Source: an uncultured virus (IMG/VR IMGVR_UViG_3300006358_000001) (Duplodnaviria > Heunggongvirae > Uroviricota > Caudoviricetes). Taken from it: a DNA stretch of 64,000 bases. The stretch is taken from IMG/VR virus record IMGVR_UViG_3300006358_000001; one strand, written 5' to 3'. Positions 9,185-17,859 of this stretch are shown one piece after another. Under the pieces are notes generated by a model. The model was given only the letters and a program-made list of their open reading frames with translations. It was not told the DNA's origin and made no database searches. Position 1 is the stretch's first letter. Every line of letters begins with the position of its first letter. The translations under genes were made by a program, and so were the position numbers.

Positions 9185-9819
9185 CACTCCTCCTCCGGCA
9201 AGTCTGGTCCCCATGATGTCCAGCCATCGCGGCGGCGGCGTGCGTTCAGTTCGATCTTCGGCAGGTTCGGGAAGTAACTCTCGATGATCTCATAGACCTC
9301 GACCGGCTTCTCGCTGTGCTTGCTGCGCGGTTGCTCGATCACGGACTCCCATTGCTCACCGGGAGCGGGACACGGCACGTCGCCACGCTTGCCCAGCAAC
9401 AGGTGCTCGTGCCTGAACCTGAACCAGTAGCCGGTGCCGATGGATGGCTTCACCCACACCGCGTTGGTGATGTAGCCGAAGCCCCAGTGCTTCAGCACCT
9501 CGATGGCCTGATCGAGCATCGGAGGTGTCGCCCACAGGAAGAGCATGCAGTCCGGTGCCATGATCGACGGCACGTCGCGGGCCTTGATGTTCTCAATCGG
9601 TGATGTCGGATAGTGATTGTCGGCGGCACGATCCATCCCGGTCACGCGCGACCACGGCTCCCAGCGCCACTCAGGATCAGCGTAGATCACGCCGTACTTC
9701 TCTGAAGGCAGCTTCTTGATCTTCTTCGCGAGTTCGCGCTCGCGCTTCGCTCGCAGTTTCTTCTTGCGCTTTGCCCGCGTCGCGGGATCGTCAAACAACA
9801 TTGGCAGGTTGCTCCCCAC
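9184..9819 (-). CDS. MT-A70 family N6-adenine methyltransferase
   Basis: VIYADPEW (DPPW variant), NHYPT, LFLWAT, GTGYWFR..HEHLL, HSEKP, IELNAR. Confidence 0.92.
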   Translation of the reverse strand: MGSNLPMLFDDPATRAKRKKKLRAKRERELAKKIKKLPSEKYGVIYADPEWRWEPWSRVTGMDRAADNHYPTSPIENIKARDVPSIMAPDCMLFLWATPPMLDQAIEVLKHWGFGYITNAVWVKPSIGTGYWFRFRHEHLLLGKRGDVPCPAPGEQWESVIEQPRSKHSEKPVEVYEIIESYFPNLPKIELNARRRRDGWTSWGPDLPEEE

Positions 9820-9848
9820 TTCAACTGGCCCTTGTGGGCCAGTTGGCC

Positions 9849-10319
9849 TCAGTGTATCGGCGCGGTCTCTTGCTGTTGCTGTTCGGCCTGTTCGACGAGA
9901 TCGGTCTGCACTTCCTTCGCCTTCTTCGCTCGCTTCGGCTTCGGCTCTGGCTTGTCCGACTTCACCAGCGTCGGCTTCGGCACATCGCCGAACAACGATA
10001 GCTGCCGCTTGTCGCCAGCCGCCTTCGTCAGCTTCTCGGCGATCTTGCGCTCGTGCATCTCCAGATCAGCGATCCATCCCTCGATCTTCTTCAGGGCGAG
10101 GGCGATCTTGATGTGGATACGCGAGGACTTCTGCGGCACGCCGCGTGCGGCAAGCGACTCGTAGATGCCGTTCATCGCCTCGCGCTCACGGTGCACGATA
10201 ACGCGATGAGCATTGCGAGCTTCATCGACGACATCGAGACGCTCGAAGATATCACTGACGAACTTGGTCGCGACCTTATCGCTGATCTCGATCTCTGCCG
10301 TCTTCGCAGATTTAGCCAT
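9849..10319 (-). CDS. GapR/DUF2312-like DNA-binding protein
   Basis: Helical; IYESLAARGVPQKSSRIHIKI resembles GapR VYAEAKGNGFDVKVLKKVVRI; contains QLSLF. Confidence 0.5.
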   Translation of the reverse strand: MAKSAKTAEIEISDKVATKFVSDIFERLDVVDEARNAHRVIVHREREAMNGIYESLAARGVPQKSSRIHIKIALALKKIEGWIADLEMHERKIAEKLTKAAGDKRQLSLFGDVPKPTLVKSDKPEPKPKRAKKAKEVQTDLVEQAEQQQQETAPIH

Positions 10320-10794
10320 TGGCTTTCCTTTGCTGTGGTGGGTTGGTGTAAATCCGGAGATGGTACGCACAGTAGGGCGACATACTCCCGCCGAATGCAG
10401 TGCGCGGCTTTCCGCAGCACACTTGCAACAGCCACTCTCCGCGTCGTGGCTTGTCCAGAATAGCTTTGCAGCCGTGATCGTTGAGCATGTACTCAACGCC
10501 CTCGTTGGCCTGCATCTCCTCGCGTAGTTGATCCATCGTCTTCTTCACGGTCGTCGCCCTGCCCCTTGATGCCCGACGCAATCGCTTCGGCATCGGTCTC
10601 GTCACTCGTGATTGAGTGTTCGGTGCTCTTCTGAATGGCGACTGCTTCTCCGCCAGCCTGTGCTTCCGCCCGGCTATGGCGTTGCGCGACACATCGTAAC
10701 CGGCCTCGCGCATCTTGTCGGCAACGAACGAGAGCGATCCACCCTCATCCCAAAGGCTAACAAGCATCCGGTCCGTCTCTTCATTCCAGAGCAT
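10312..10794 (-). CDS. gcrA: GcrA cell-cycle regulator homolog
   Basis: WNEE...LWDEGGS...VSRNAIAGRKHRL N-terminal HTH and C-terminal C...CG...SPYCAYH. Confidence 0.88.
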   Translation of the reverse strand: MLWNEETDRMLVSLWDEGGSLSFVADKMREAGYDVSRNAIAGRKHRLAEKQSPFRRAPNTQSRVTRPMPKRLRRASRGRATTVKKTMDQLREEMQANEGVEYMLNDHGCKAILDKPRRGEWLLQVCCGKPRTAFGGSMSPYCAYHLRIYTNPPQQRKANG

Positions 10795-10807
10795 CGTTGC
10801 CCCTTGC

Positions 10808-11104
10808 TCATCTGCGCTTCTTCGGTCCGAAGATGTCGGGCCTGATCTCTTCCGGTGTCATCTTGATCAGCGGTGCCAGCTTCATCACGTGGTGAGGCGG
10901 CACCCGATTCCATGCAGAGACGTTCTGGTGCGTGACGTCGAGGTGTCGAGCGACCACGGTGGCGAAGCCGGGCTCCGAGAAGATCAGCTTCATCACGTGA
11001 TCCCGCTTCGCGTCGCGCGGACTCTCTCGGCGCATTATCTCTCCACGTAATAGTTTCTTCGCGGCGACATGTTCTCGCACGGTCCTGTCCTTCTTCGTTA
11101 CCAT
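10808..11104 (-). CDS. Cro/YdaS-like repressor
   Basis: VARHLDVTHQNVSAWNRVP...EIRPDIF; first gene of the leftward arm. Confidence 0.8.
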   Translation of the reverse strand: MVTKKDRTVREHVAAKKLLRGEIMRRESPRDAKRDHVMKLIFSEPGFATVVARHLDVTHQNVSAWNRVPPHHVMKLAPLIKMTPEEIRPDIFGPKKRR

Positions 11105-11186
11105 ATCCCCTTGAGCCCATACAATGAGTTGTTGATTTCAGCAAGGCTCCCAACTATCTTCGCGATTCCCTGAAGGAGCAACCCAG
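11105..11186. promoter_or_regulatory. Divergent promoter region between the two early arms
   Basis: AT-richer spacer between divergently oriented operons; AAGGAG RBS before 11187. Confidence 0.55.
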
Positions 11187-12122
11187 ATGAAAGTTACGAA
11201 GTGGTCGGGCAAGCCGATCAGCACGCCCGGCTGGTACAGCGGGATTCCCATCGAGCGCTATCACTCACCCGGCATGTGCGACGGACCGGCGGTGTCGTCG
11301 TCGAACCTGCGCACGTGCTGGAGCAAGAGCGAAGCGCACATGTACGCTGAGTGGTGCGAGGCACCGAATTATCAGCCACGGGAAGCGACGCGGCAGATGA
11401 TCCTTGGCGCTGCGGCGCACCATCTCTTCCTTGGCGAGGACGGCTTCAAGATGAAGTTCATCGCTCAGCCGGAGACATATCGCGACACGAAGACCGGCGA
11501 GGAGAAGCCGTGGCACAACGGCGCGAACTGGTGCAAGGACTGGAATGCGAGGGCGGAGGACGCTGGTCGCGTCATCGTCAAGCCGGATGAGTTCACCGCG
11601 ATCAAGGGAATGGCGGCATCGGTCGCGTCGCAGCCGCTGGTGCAGGATGGCTTGCTGAGCGGGCACGTCGAGTGCTCCGGCTTCGTCAAGGACAAGGCGA
11701 CTGGTCTCTGGATCAAGGTGCGGCCCGACGTGATCCCGGTGAGCGGTCCCGACTTCGTCGATCTCAAGACCACGCGCGACGTGACGTCCCACGCGCTGCA
11801 ATACACGATCCGTGAATTCGGATATCATCAGCAGGGCGCACTGATCTGGGAAGTCTGCGAAGCCCTTGGCCTTCCGTTCGCATCGTTCAATCTGCTGTTC
11901 GTCGAGACCAGTGCGCCGCACTGCGCACGCCACGTGCCGCTCGACGACAAGGACCTTGAGTTGGGCAGGCGCATGAACCGCATCGCGATGAAGCGGATCG
12001 CAGCGAGCATGACGCTGAAGCACTGGCCGGGTCCGGGCGAGAACGAAGACCGCCCACTGCCGCTGTCTCACGCTGAGCGCGAGCGCATCGAAGCGAGGCT
12101 GAAGATCGAGGAGACCACATGA
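11187..12122 (+). CDS. RecE/exonuclease VIII-like PD-(D/E)XK exonuclease (DUF3799-like)
   Basis: YH...SSS, LGAAAHHL, KVRPD, VDLKTT, GYHQQGA. Confidence 0.88.
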   Translation: MKVTKWSGKPISTPGWYSGIPIERYHSPGMCDGPAVSSSNLRTCWSKSEAHMYAEWCEAPNYQPREATRQMILGAAAHHLFLGEDGFKMKFIAQPETYRDTKTGEEKPWHNGANWCKDWNARAEDAGRVIVKPDEFTAIKGMAASVASQPLVQDGLLSGHVECSGFVKDKATGLWIKVRPDVIPVSGPDFVDLKTTRDVTSHALQYTIREFGYHQQGALIWEVCEALGLPFASFNLLFVETSAPHCARHVPLDDKDLELGRRMNRIAMKRIAASMTLKHWPGPGENEDRPLPLSHAERERIEARLKIEETT

Positions 12123-12334
12123 GACTTCCTGATGGAGTGAAGGCACACGGCTTCTACATGGCCGCGTGCTCCGATCCGAAGTGCGGACCGCACCTCGTCG
12201 CGTTCGACCGCAACGAGATTCCGATCTGCGATATTGCGATCCCGCTGAGCGGCGTGCCGTCGCTCATTCAAGCACTGCAAGACTTCGCCTATGTGCGCGT
12301 CGTCGAGAAGGACAAAGATCATGGACGTGACTGA
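12119..12334 (+). CDS. Small Cys/His protein, paralog of 4143..4376
   Basis: KAHGF...CGPHLVAFD; ATGA-coupled to RecE. Confidence 0.7.
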   Translation: MRLPDGVKAHGFYMAACSDPKCGPHLVAFDRNEIPICDIAIPLSGVPSLIQALQDFAYVRVVEKDKDHGRD

Positions 12335-13358
12335 AATCGAACGGCGCGTTGATCGCGCAATCGCTGCACCCATCGCGGTGAACATGGATGTCGGCGGCGT
12401 CGCGCTGCAGAACATGGGCGAGGTGATGGAGTTCGCCAAGCTGATGGCGGTCTCCGGCTCTGCGGTGCCGAAGTATCTGCGCGGCAATCCCGGCGGCTGT
12501 CTCGCGATCTGTTCGCGTGCGCTGCGCTGGCAGATGGACCCGTTCGCCGTGGCGGAGAAGTCCTATCAGGTGGTGAACAAGGGCGAGGAGCGCATCGCGT
12601 TCGAGGCGCAGCTTGTGCACGCGGTCATCACCGCACGCGCTCCGCTGAAGACGCGGCTGCGTTACGAGATACTGGGCGAAGGCGATGAGCGCCGCTGCCG
12701 GGTGTGGGGCACGTTCAGGGGCGAGGACTCGCCGCACAGCTACACCAGCGAGACGCTGGCGAAGCTCCGTGATGCGCGTGGCCGCAATGAGTACGGCAAC
12801 ATCAAGGGCTCGCCGCTCTGGGACTCTCAGCCCGAAGTCCAGTTGGCCTACTCCTCCATCAGGCAATGGTGCCGCCTGCATGCGTCTGAGGTGATGCTTG
12901 GCGTGTACACGCCCGACGAACTGGAAGACGGATCGAAGATCAAGGATGTGACGCCGCAGGTCGGCGCGTTGCAGCAGAGGTTGCGTGACGCCAAGAAGGC
13001 TCACGCGCAGGATCGTGGCTTCGACGCGGAGCACATCGCTCGCGAGGTTGCGTTGAGCACGATCATCGAGGAAGACGCCAATCCCGGCGAACAAGAGGTG
13101 ACGAATGAAGACGGAAGTGAAGGAGGTCGCAATGCGACTGGAGATGAAGGAAGGCAAGACGCAGTTGGTGATCGAGGAGACGACGCTGTTCACCAAGGCG
13201 GAAGCGCTGGCGGTGTCGATGCAGATCAGGCGCTGGGCGACAGGCCTGCCGGATCACCAGCCCGGAGCGAAGAAGAAGCGGAGGAAGGCACCTTCCCGCC
13301 AGACCGCATCACAAGCGGCCCGCAGCCCAAGGGCAAAGGCAAAGGCACCAAACGGTGA
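12321..13358 (+). CDS. recT: RecT-family single-strand annealing protein
   Basis: VPKYLRGNPGGCLA, MDPFAVA, SPLW, LGVYTPDEL; lies downstream of RecE. Confidence 0.85.
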   Translation: MDVTEIERRVDRAIAAPIAVNMDVGGVALQNMGEVMEFAKLMAVSGSAVPKYLRGNPGGCLAICSRALRWQMDPFAVAEKSYQVVNKGEERIAFEAQLVHAVITARAPLKTRLRYEILGEGDERRCRVWGTFRGEDSPHSYTSETLAKLRDARGRNEYGNIKGSPLWDSQPEVQLAYSSIRQWCRLHASEVMLGVYTPDELEDGSKIKDVTPQVGALQQRLRDAKKAHAQDRGFDAEHIAREVALSTIIEEDANPGEQEVTNEDGSEGGRNATGDEGRQDAVGDRGDDAVHQGGSAGGVDADQALGDRPAGSPARSEEEAEEGTFPPDRITSGPQPKGKGKGTKR

Positions 13359-13389
13359 CACTGCGTCAGCGGCAACCGCCGCTTCGTGA
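13105..13389 (+). CDS. Possible overprinted small protein within the recT 3' end
   Basis: GAGGTG before ATG 13105 and AGGAGG before ATG 13132. Confidence 0.45.
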   Translation: MKTEVKEVAMRLEMKEGKTQLVIEETTLFTKAEALAVSMQIRRWATGLPDHQPGAKKKRRKAPSRQTASQAARSPRAKAKAPNGDTASAATAAS

Positions 13390-13678
13390 TCCCGGCTATC
13401 TGGCGTGGCTCCGCAAGCAACGGTGCGCATGCTGCAAGCAGGCTCCGCCCTGCGATGCGGCGCACCTGCGGGCCACGTCATTCGTTTACGGCAAGGCTGG
13501 CGGCATCGGCATGAAGCCCGATGACCGCTGGGCCTTGCCGCTGAAGCACAACCATCACATGGCGCAGCACGCGCACGGCAATGAGCTTGAGTGGTGGAAG
13601 GCGCAAGGCGTGGAGAATCCGTTTGATCTCTGCATCACCTACTACAAACGATATCTCTTAACCAAAGGAATAGACTGA
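13355..13678 (+). CDS. DUF968 / HNH-like Zn protein
   Basis: YLAWLRKQRCACC..DAAH..KPDDRWALPL..HH. Confidence 0.75.
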   Translation: MTLRQRQPPLRDPGYLAWLRKQRCACCKQAPPCDAAHLRATSFVYGKAGGIGMKPDDRWALPLKHNHHMAQHAHGNELEWWKAQGVENPFDLCITYYKRYLLTKGID

Positions 13679-14094
13679 TGAACGAACCGCTTCCAATGTC
13701 TCGCCGCCCTCGCGTTAACCTGCAGGCGCTCGACGATGAACTGGGTGAGGTGGCGCGGAGCGTTCGCCGCCCGGAGCGCACGCCGCTCGATCAGGTGCCG
13801 GACAATACGCCGGACATCGGTCGCCTGTCGGCTGACGCTGTGATGGCGACCGCTGAAGCTGCGGCGAAGGAAGTCGAGAGCCTCAAGGCGATGGTGAAGG
13901 AATTGGCACCGGAGCTTGAGAAGTCGATGGCTGAGATGGACAAGAGCCTTGCGACGATTGCCGAAGCTGCGAAGCAGGTGCGTGATCGCGGCGAGCGCAC
14001 GCGTCTGCAGGTGCAAGCGGCGAACGATCTCGCGAAGGACATCGCTGCGAAGTGCGCAGAGTTCACGAAGATGGTCAGCGGTGATGGCAACTGA
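13678..14094 (+). CDS. Coiled-coil hypothetical protein
   Basis: TGATG coupling; heptad-rich sequence. Confidence 0.7.
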   Translation: MNEPLPMSRRPRVNLQALDDELGEVARSVRRPERTPLDQVPDNTPDIGRLSADAVMATAEAAAKEVESLKAMVKELAPELEKSMAEMDKSLATIAEAAKQVRDRGERTRLQVQAANDLAKDIAAKCAEFTKMVSGDGN

Positions 14095-14287
14095 TCGCCA
14101 GTTCACCAACCCGAACTTCGGCACGCAGGCGCGTGTCGAGGTGGTTGGTCGCGAGGTGCGACTGATCTTCGTGGCCAGCGATACGCGCAAGGCGAACGCG
14201 CTCGCCGACAACATGATCGAGCAACTCAAGGCTGGCTCGATCAACATCACGATGATGGGCAAGCCGACGAGCGTCGTGGAGGAATGA
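14084..14287 (+). CDS. Hypothetical protein
   Basis: Overlapping start and stop with neighbours. Confidence 0.6.
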   Translation: MATDRQFTNPNFGTQARVEVVGREVRLIFVASDTRKANALADNMIEQLKAGSINITMMGKPTSVVEE

Positions 14288-14547
14288 TGCACAAGGTCAC
14301 GTGGATCGATATGGAGCGGTGGCCGAAGGTCAAGCCGAACCCGGACTTTCCGAACGGCATCGACGTGGACATGTCGCAGGGTGCCGTGATCGCGTGTCTG
14401 GTCACGCTGCCGTATCCGGCGAAGCGGATCGGCAGCTACGTCATCGAGTGCGAGAAGTGCAAGCTGCGTGTCGCCCTCACGACCGCCGGTCGGCTAGACG
14501 ATCCGCGCTCAGTGAAGCTCGCATGCAAGTGGAAGGAGAAGCGGTGA
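14284..14547 (+). CDS. Hypothetical protein (CxxC)
   Basis: Coupled ORF. Confidence 0.65.
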   Translation: MMHKVTWIDMERWPKVKPNPDFPNGIDVDMSQGAVIACLVTLPYPAKRIGSYVIECEKCKLRVALTTAGRLDDPRSVKLACKWKEKR

Positions 14548-14858
14548 TGCACACGAAGGACATGTTGGCGCAGGCACTGCGCGACGTCGGGCTCGACGCG
14601 ATGGCCGACAAGGCGGCGACCGGCTACTACCACGACTTCCTGTCACCGCTGGCGATGCCGGAGATGCAGTTGTGCAGCGATCTCCAGTTCGAGATTCACT
14701 TCAACCCGGATCATCCGCACCATGCCGGGATCGTCACGCTTCGTCAGCGCGTGGTCAACGGCGACTTCGATGCAAGCAGGGAAGAGAGCGACGCGTGGGC
14801 TGCGAGCGCCGAAGGTCAGGCGGCGTTCGGCGCACTGATCGGGAAGAAGCATCGCTGA
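14547..14858 (+). CDS. Hypothetical protein
   Basis: TGATG coupling; GYYHDF motif. Confidence 0.65.
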   Translation: MHTKDMLAQALRDVGLDAMADKAATGYYHDFLSPLAMPEMQLCSDLQFEIHFNPDHPHHAGIVTLRQRVVNGDFDASREESDAWAASAEGQAAFGALIGKKHR

Positions 14859-15100
14859 TGCTGACGTTCAAAGCCAACGCATCGAAGACGCTGCACGCTG
14901 CACACTCTGGCAGCGTGCGCGTCGGCTACATCGAGCACAGCAGCACCGATGCTGATCGCTGGATATGGTCGCTCAATACGATCCAGCCGAAGGGCGGCAG
15001 AGCATCCGGCATCGAGACCAACGAAGAAGCGGCGAAGACTGCACTCAGCTTGGCGTGGGTCGCGTGGCTCATCGCCGCCGGATTGGAGGTGAAGCGATGA
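14858..15100 (+). CDS. Hypothetical protein
   Basis: TGATG coupling. Confidence 0.6.
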   Translation: MLTFKANASKTLHAAHSGSVRVGYIEHSSTDADRWIWSLNTIQPKGGRASGIETNEEAAKTALSLAWVAWLIAAGLEVKR

Positions 15101-15297
15101 GCGACCTTATCGAGCGCCTGCGCCGCGAAGGCTCTGATGCATTTCACCGACACTACAGCCTTGGCATGTTCAAACTCTGCGACGAAGCCGCTGACCGCAT
15201 CGAGGCGCTGGAAGCGGTGCTGCTGGAGATATTGGCGGGACATCCCGACGCGTTCGATCTCGCCCGCTCCGTCATCAACCAGAAGGCCAGCACATGA
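15097..15297 (+). CDS. Hypothetical protein (MSDLIERLR...AADRIEALE type)
   Basis: GGAGG RBS; motif common in small phage proteins. Confidence 0.65.
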   Translation: MSDLIERLRREGSDAFHRHYSLGMFKLCDEAADRIEALEAVLLEILAGHPDAFDLARSVINQKAST

Positions 15298-15503
15298 CGA
15301 CATACGAACTCAAGCTCTACGCCAACTGGGAATACAAGGGCGCGAAGTACGGCGACGTGGTGATGCGTCTCCAGTACGAGGACTTCGACACGATGGAGAT
15401 GGATTTGGATGCCGCCATCGAACGTCCTGATGTTGCCTACATCGACGTGATCGATGTCGTGAATCAAACGACGACACGGAGGTACACGCGGTGCGCAGTA
15501 TAA
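15294..15503 (+). CDS. Hypothetical protein
   Basis: ATGA coupling. Confidence 0.6.
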   Translation: MTTYELKLYANWEYKGAKYGDVVMRLQYEDFDTMEMDLDAAIERPDVAYIDVIDVVNQTTTRRYTRCAV

Positions 15504-15973
15504 CCGACATCAGAGTTGAGCGGATCATCGGCGTGGCGAGAGTGCCTCGCGCTGTGCCGATTGCGTTCGGGATCGCAGGCGGTCTCGCGATGCTGATGAT
15601 TGCGATCCAGCGCTTGCCCGGCGCTGAGCGGATCATCGTCGAGAAGCCGACCATCGCAGAGCGCTTCGATGCCGTGCCGGTCGAGCCGCTGAAGAAGCAG
15701 GACCGCGTGCGAGAGATCGATCTCGTTCGGCCAGTGGTCGCGATGGCAGAGCCGGTGCCAGTGAAGACGGAAACGATCCGCCCTGATCCTGCGCCCGCTG
15801 TGCCGAAGCTCGTTGCTCTGCCGGAGGACGCGCTCGATGAGACTGGCACGGAGCCGAAGTACAGCAAGCGAGTGAAGCGCACGCGCATCGCTCACGCAGA
15901 GAGCAACGTCTGCACGCGTCACGGCAAGCGCAAGGTGATCACACGAGGTGGCAAGTCATGGCGCTGCCGATGA
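15491..15973 (+). CDS. Putative membrane-anchored protein
   Basis: N-terminal hydrophobic segment, Pro-rich linker, C-terminal C..H...WRC. Confidence 0.6.
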   Translation: MRSITDIRVERIIGVARVPRAVPIAFGIAGGLAMLMIAIQRLPGAERIIVEKPTIAERFDAVPVEPLKKQDRVREIDLVRPVVAMAEPVPVKTETIRPDPAPAVPKLVALPEDALDETGTEPKYSKRVKRTRIAHAESNVCTRHGKRKVITRGGKSWRCR

Positions 15974-16200
15974 GACTCAGCGAGGAGATGTCGGAGAAGT
16001 GGTTCAAACTGCCGATGGCGCTGCGTGTGCGCTGGTGGAATGAAACCGAGTACGGCAAGAAGCCGCCCAGCGAAGAACTGCAGCGAGCGGTTGATGAGGC
16101 AATCAAAGAAGGGGAGAGACATGACGAACGGAGTCAAGCAGCCACGGATATCGCAGACGGAGAAGGAGCGGCTGACGGCGATGGCGAAGCACACGACTGA
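15970..16200 (+). CDS. Hypothetical protein
   Basis: ATGA coupling. Confidence 0.5.
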   Translation: MRLSEEMSEKWFKLPMALRVRWWNETEYGKKPPSEELQRAVDEAIKEGERHDERSQAATDIADGEGAADGDGEAHD

Positions 16201-16414
16201 CGTGCTGCGCAAGCTGAAGATGGGACAGCAGGGGACGATCTCGTGCAGCCGCGAGTATCCGATGGATGACGTGCGCAGCTACATCTACGGCTACGCCTTC
16301 CACAAGAAGAAGTGGTTCGAGGTGAAGACGGACAGCGTCGCCAACTCGCTGGTCGTCACGCGTGCAGAGAGGCCGAAGCCGGTCAAGCAATTCGATGAGG
16401 AGGAAGTGGAATGA
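16121..16414 (+). CDS. Hypothetical protein
   Basis: GGGGAG RBS before ATG 16121. Confidence 0.6.
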   Translation: MTNGVKQPRISQTEKERLTAMAKHTTDVLRKLKMGQQGTISCSREYPMDDVRSYIYGYAFHKKKWFEVKTDSVANSLVVTRAERPKPVKQFDEEEVE

Positions 16415-16764
16415 GCGATCAGATTAACGACGAAGAACAGCAGGCAGCGCAACAGGTGCTGACTGGAATCGAGAAGCTCTCACCGCAGGCGCTGCAGGCG
16501 CTGGCGCTGTCGCTCGATAGAATTCTCAACGGCGAGAAGGTTCTCGGCGCAGAGATGAGCGTGAAGCGCATCAACGGCTTCGTGCTGATGGTGTTTCCGT
16601 TCGGCGACAAGGATGCCCAGTGCCACTACGTCTCGAACGGTGCGAGCCGCGATGACATCATCAAGCTATTCACGGAACAACTGAAGCAACTCACGGCGCA
16701 GCGCGACACGGATCAGAAGAAGGCGACGTTGCTGCCGGGACTCGGCGGAGGGCCGGTGCAGTGA
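16411..16764 (+). CDS. Hypothetical protein
   Basis: GFVLMVFPF...YVSNG motif; coupled to neighbours. Confidence 0.65.
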   Translation: MSDQINDEEQQAAQQVLTGIEKLSPQALQALALSLDRILNGEKVLGAEMSVKRINGFVLMVFPFGDKDAQCHYVSNGASRDDIIKLFTEQLKQLTAQRDTDQKKATLLPGLGGGPVQ

Positions 16765-17153
16765 GGAAATACGTTCCGCTCACGCTGCAGGCGAACAGGG
16801 TGCGTCGCGGTGAATACGCCAGCGACGACACCTACGGAATGATGGGGATGTTCAGGTTGCTCACGCCGACCGGCACGCTGTTGCTCGTGGTGTCGAGCGG
16901 CAATGACAAGGCGAACGGATGGGAGCACGTGTCGGTCTCGACTGAGACGCGAGCGCCGACGTGGGATGAGATGTGCTTCGTGAAGGACATCTTCTGGAGC
17001 GAGGACGAACTGGTGGTGCAGTATCATCCGCCGAAGTCGGAGCACGTCAACTTCCACCCGTTCTGCTTGCACATGTGGAAGAGCCTGCGGTTGCCGATCC
17101 CAGCGCCGCCAACGATCCTCGTGGGACCGATGAAGACGCAAGCCACGCCATAG
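16761..17153 (+). CDS. Conserved phage protein (GWEHVSVS...PTWDEMC...CLH family)
   Basis: WEHVSVS, PTWDEMCFVKDIFW and NFHPFCLHMW motifs. Confidence 0.75.
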   Translation: MRKYVPLTLQANRVRRGEYASDDTYGMMGMFRLLTPTGTLLLVVSSGNDKANGWEHVSVSTETRAPTWDEMCFVKDIFWSEDELVVQYHPPKSEHVNFHPFCLHMWKSLRLPIPAPPTILVGPMKTQATP

Positions 17154-17170
17154 ACTTACGGAATAGCGTG

Positions 17171-17473
17171 ATGGTTCGGATGCGCCTGATCTGCGAGGCC
17201 TGCGGCAGGCATTGGTCGCCCACCGGGAGAGATATTCGCCGGGCGACCTGCCCCAAATGCCACCGCAGCCGGGTCAGCGCCGGGCGGAAACGGGCATGGC
17301 GCGTCAGGAAGCTATTAGGAGCCCGTCCAGTGGCCTTGCCCGAAGAGGCTACAACCCCCCTTCCCAGTCTCGACGAACTGATCAGGGACGCTGACGCCAA
17401 GGCGGCGAAGGCCATCGAAGCGGCCCGGTCCATCGCCGCCCGGTTCAGCAGAAATCGACCCGGCCAGCCTTGA
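17171..17473 (+). CDS. Zn-ribbon hypothetical protein
   Basis: CEACG...CPKC. Confidence 0.5.
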   Translation: MVRMRLICEACGRHWSPTGRDIRRATCPKCHRSRVSAGRKRAWRVRKLLGARPVALPEEATTPLPSLDELIRDADAKAAKAIEAARSIAARFSRNRPGQP

Positions 17474-17750
17474 TGTGGAACCGGGACCGGCACCCGGTCG
17501 TGATCTCGCAGACGATCCGCCCGGACATCGCCGACAGGTCGCGATAGTCGTGGCCGACGAACGACCATGAGCCCTCCGGCTTCCACAGCGTGATGGTGTG
17601 GACGTCGCCGCCGCGATGCCGGGTGAACGCCCAGTGACATGCCGGGCACTTCATCGAGAGGCCTTCGGCCTTCGTGATGTCGTCGGTGTAGTCGTACTCG
17701 AAGCGGTCGCTGCGCTTGACGAAGTGCGGATCGAGATCGGTGAGCTTCAT
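17445..17750 (-). CDS. Hypothetical protein (CxxC)
   Basis: Last gene of the late operon; MKLTDLDPHF...CPAC. Confidence 0.6.
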   Translation of the reverse strand: MKLTDLDPHFVKRSDRFEYDYTDDITKAEGLSMKCPACHWAFTRHRGGDVHTITLWKPEGSWSFVGHDYRDLSAMSGRIVCEITTGCRSRFHIKAGRVDFC

Positions 17751-17854
17751 CAGCCGTCCTTCAAATCACGCCCACCAATTCGAGCGATGGCGAACGTCAT
17801 AACACCAACATTCGCTCCGACAAATATTCCCGCCGCGAACGCGATCCAGCACAT
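17750..17854 (-). CDS. Very small membrane peptide
   Basis: WIAFAAGIFVGANVGVMTFAIA single transmembrane segment; TGATG coupling. Confidence 0.4.
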   Translation of the reverse strand: MCWIAFAAGIFVGANVGVMTFAIARIGGRDLKDG

Positions 17855-17859
17855 GGCGA

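Noticed and set aside
11105..11186. CtrA box in the divergent promoter
   Set aside because: No TTAA-N7-TTAA match is present.
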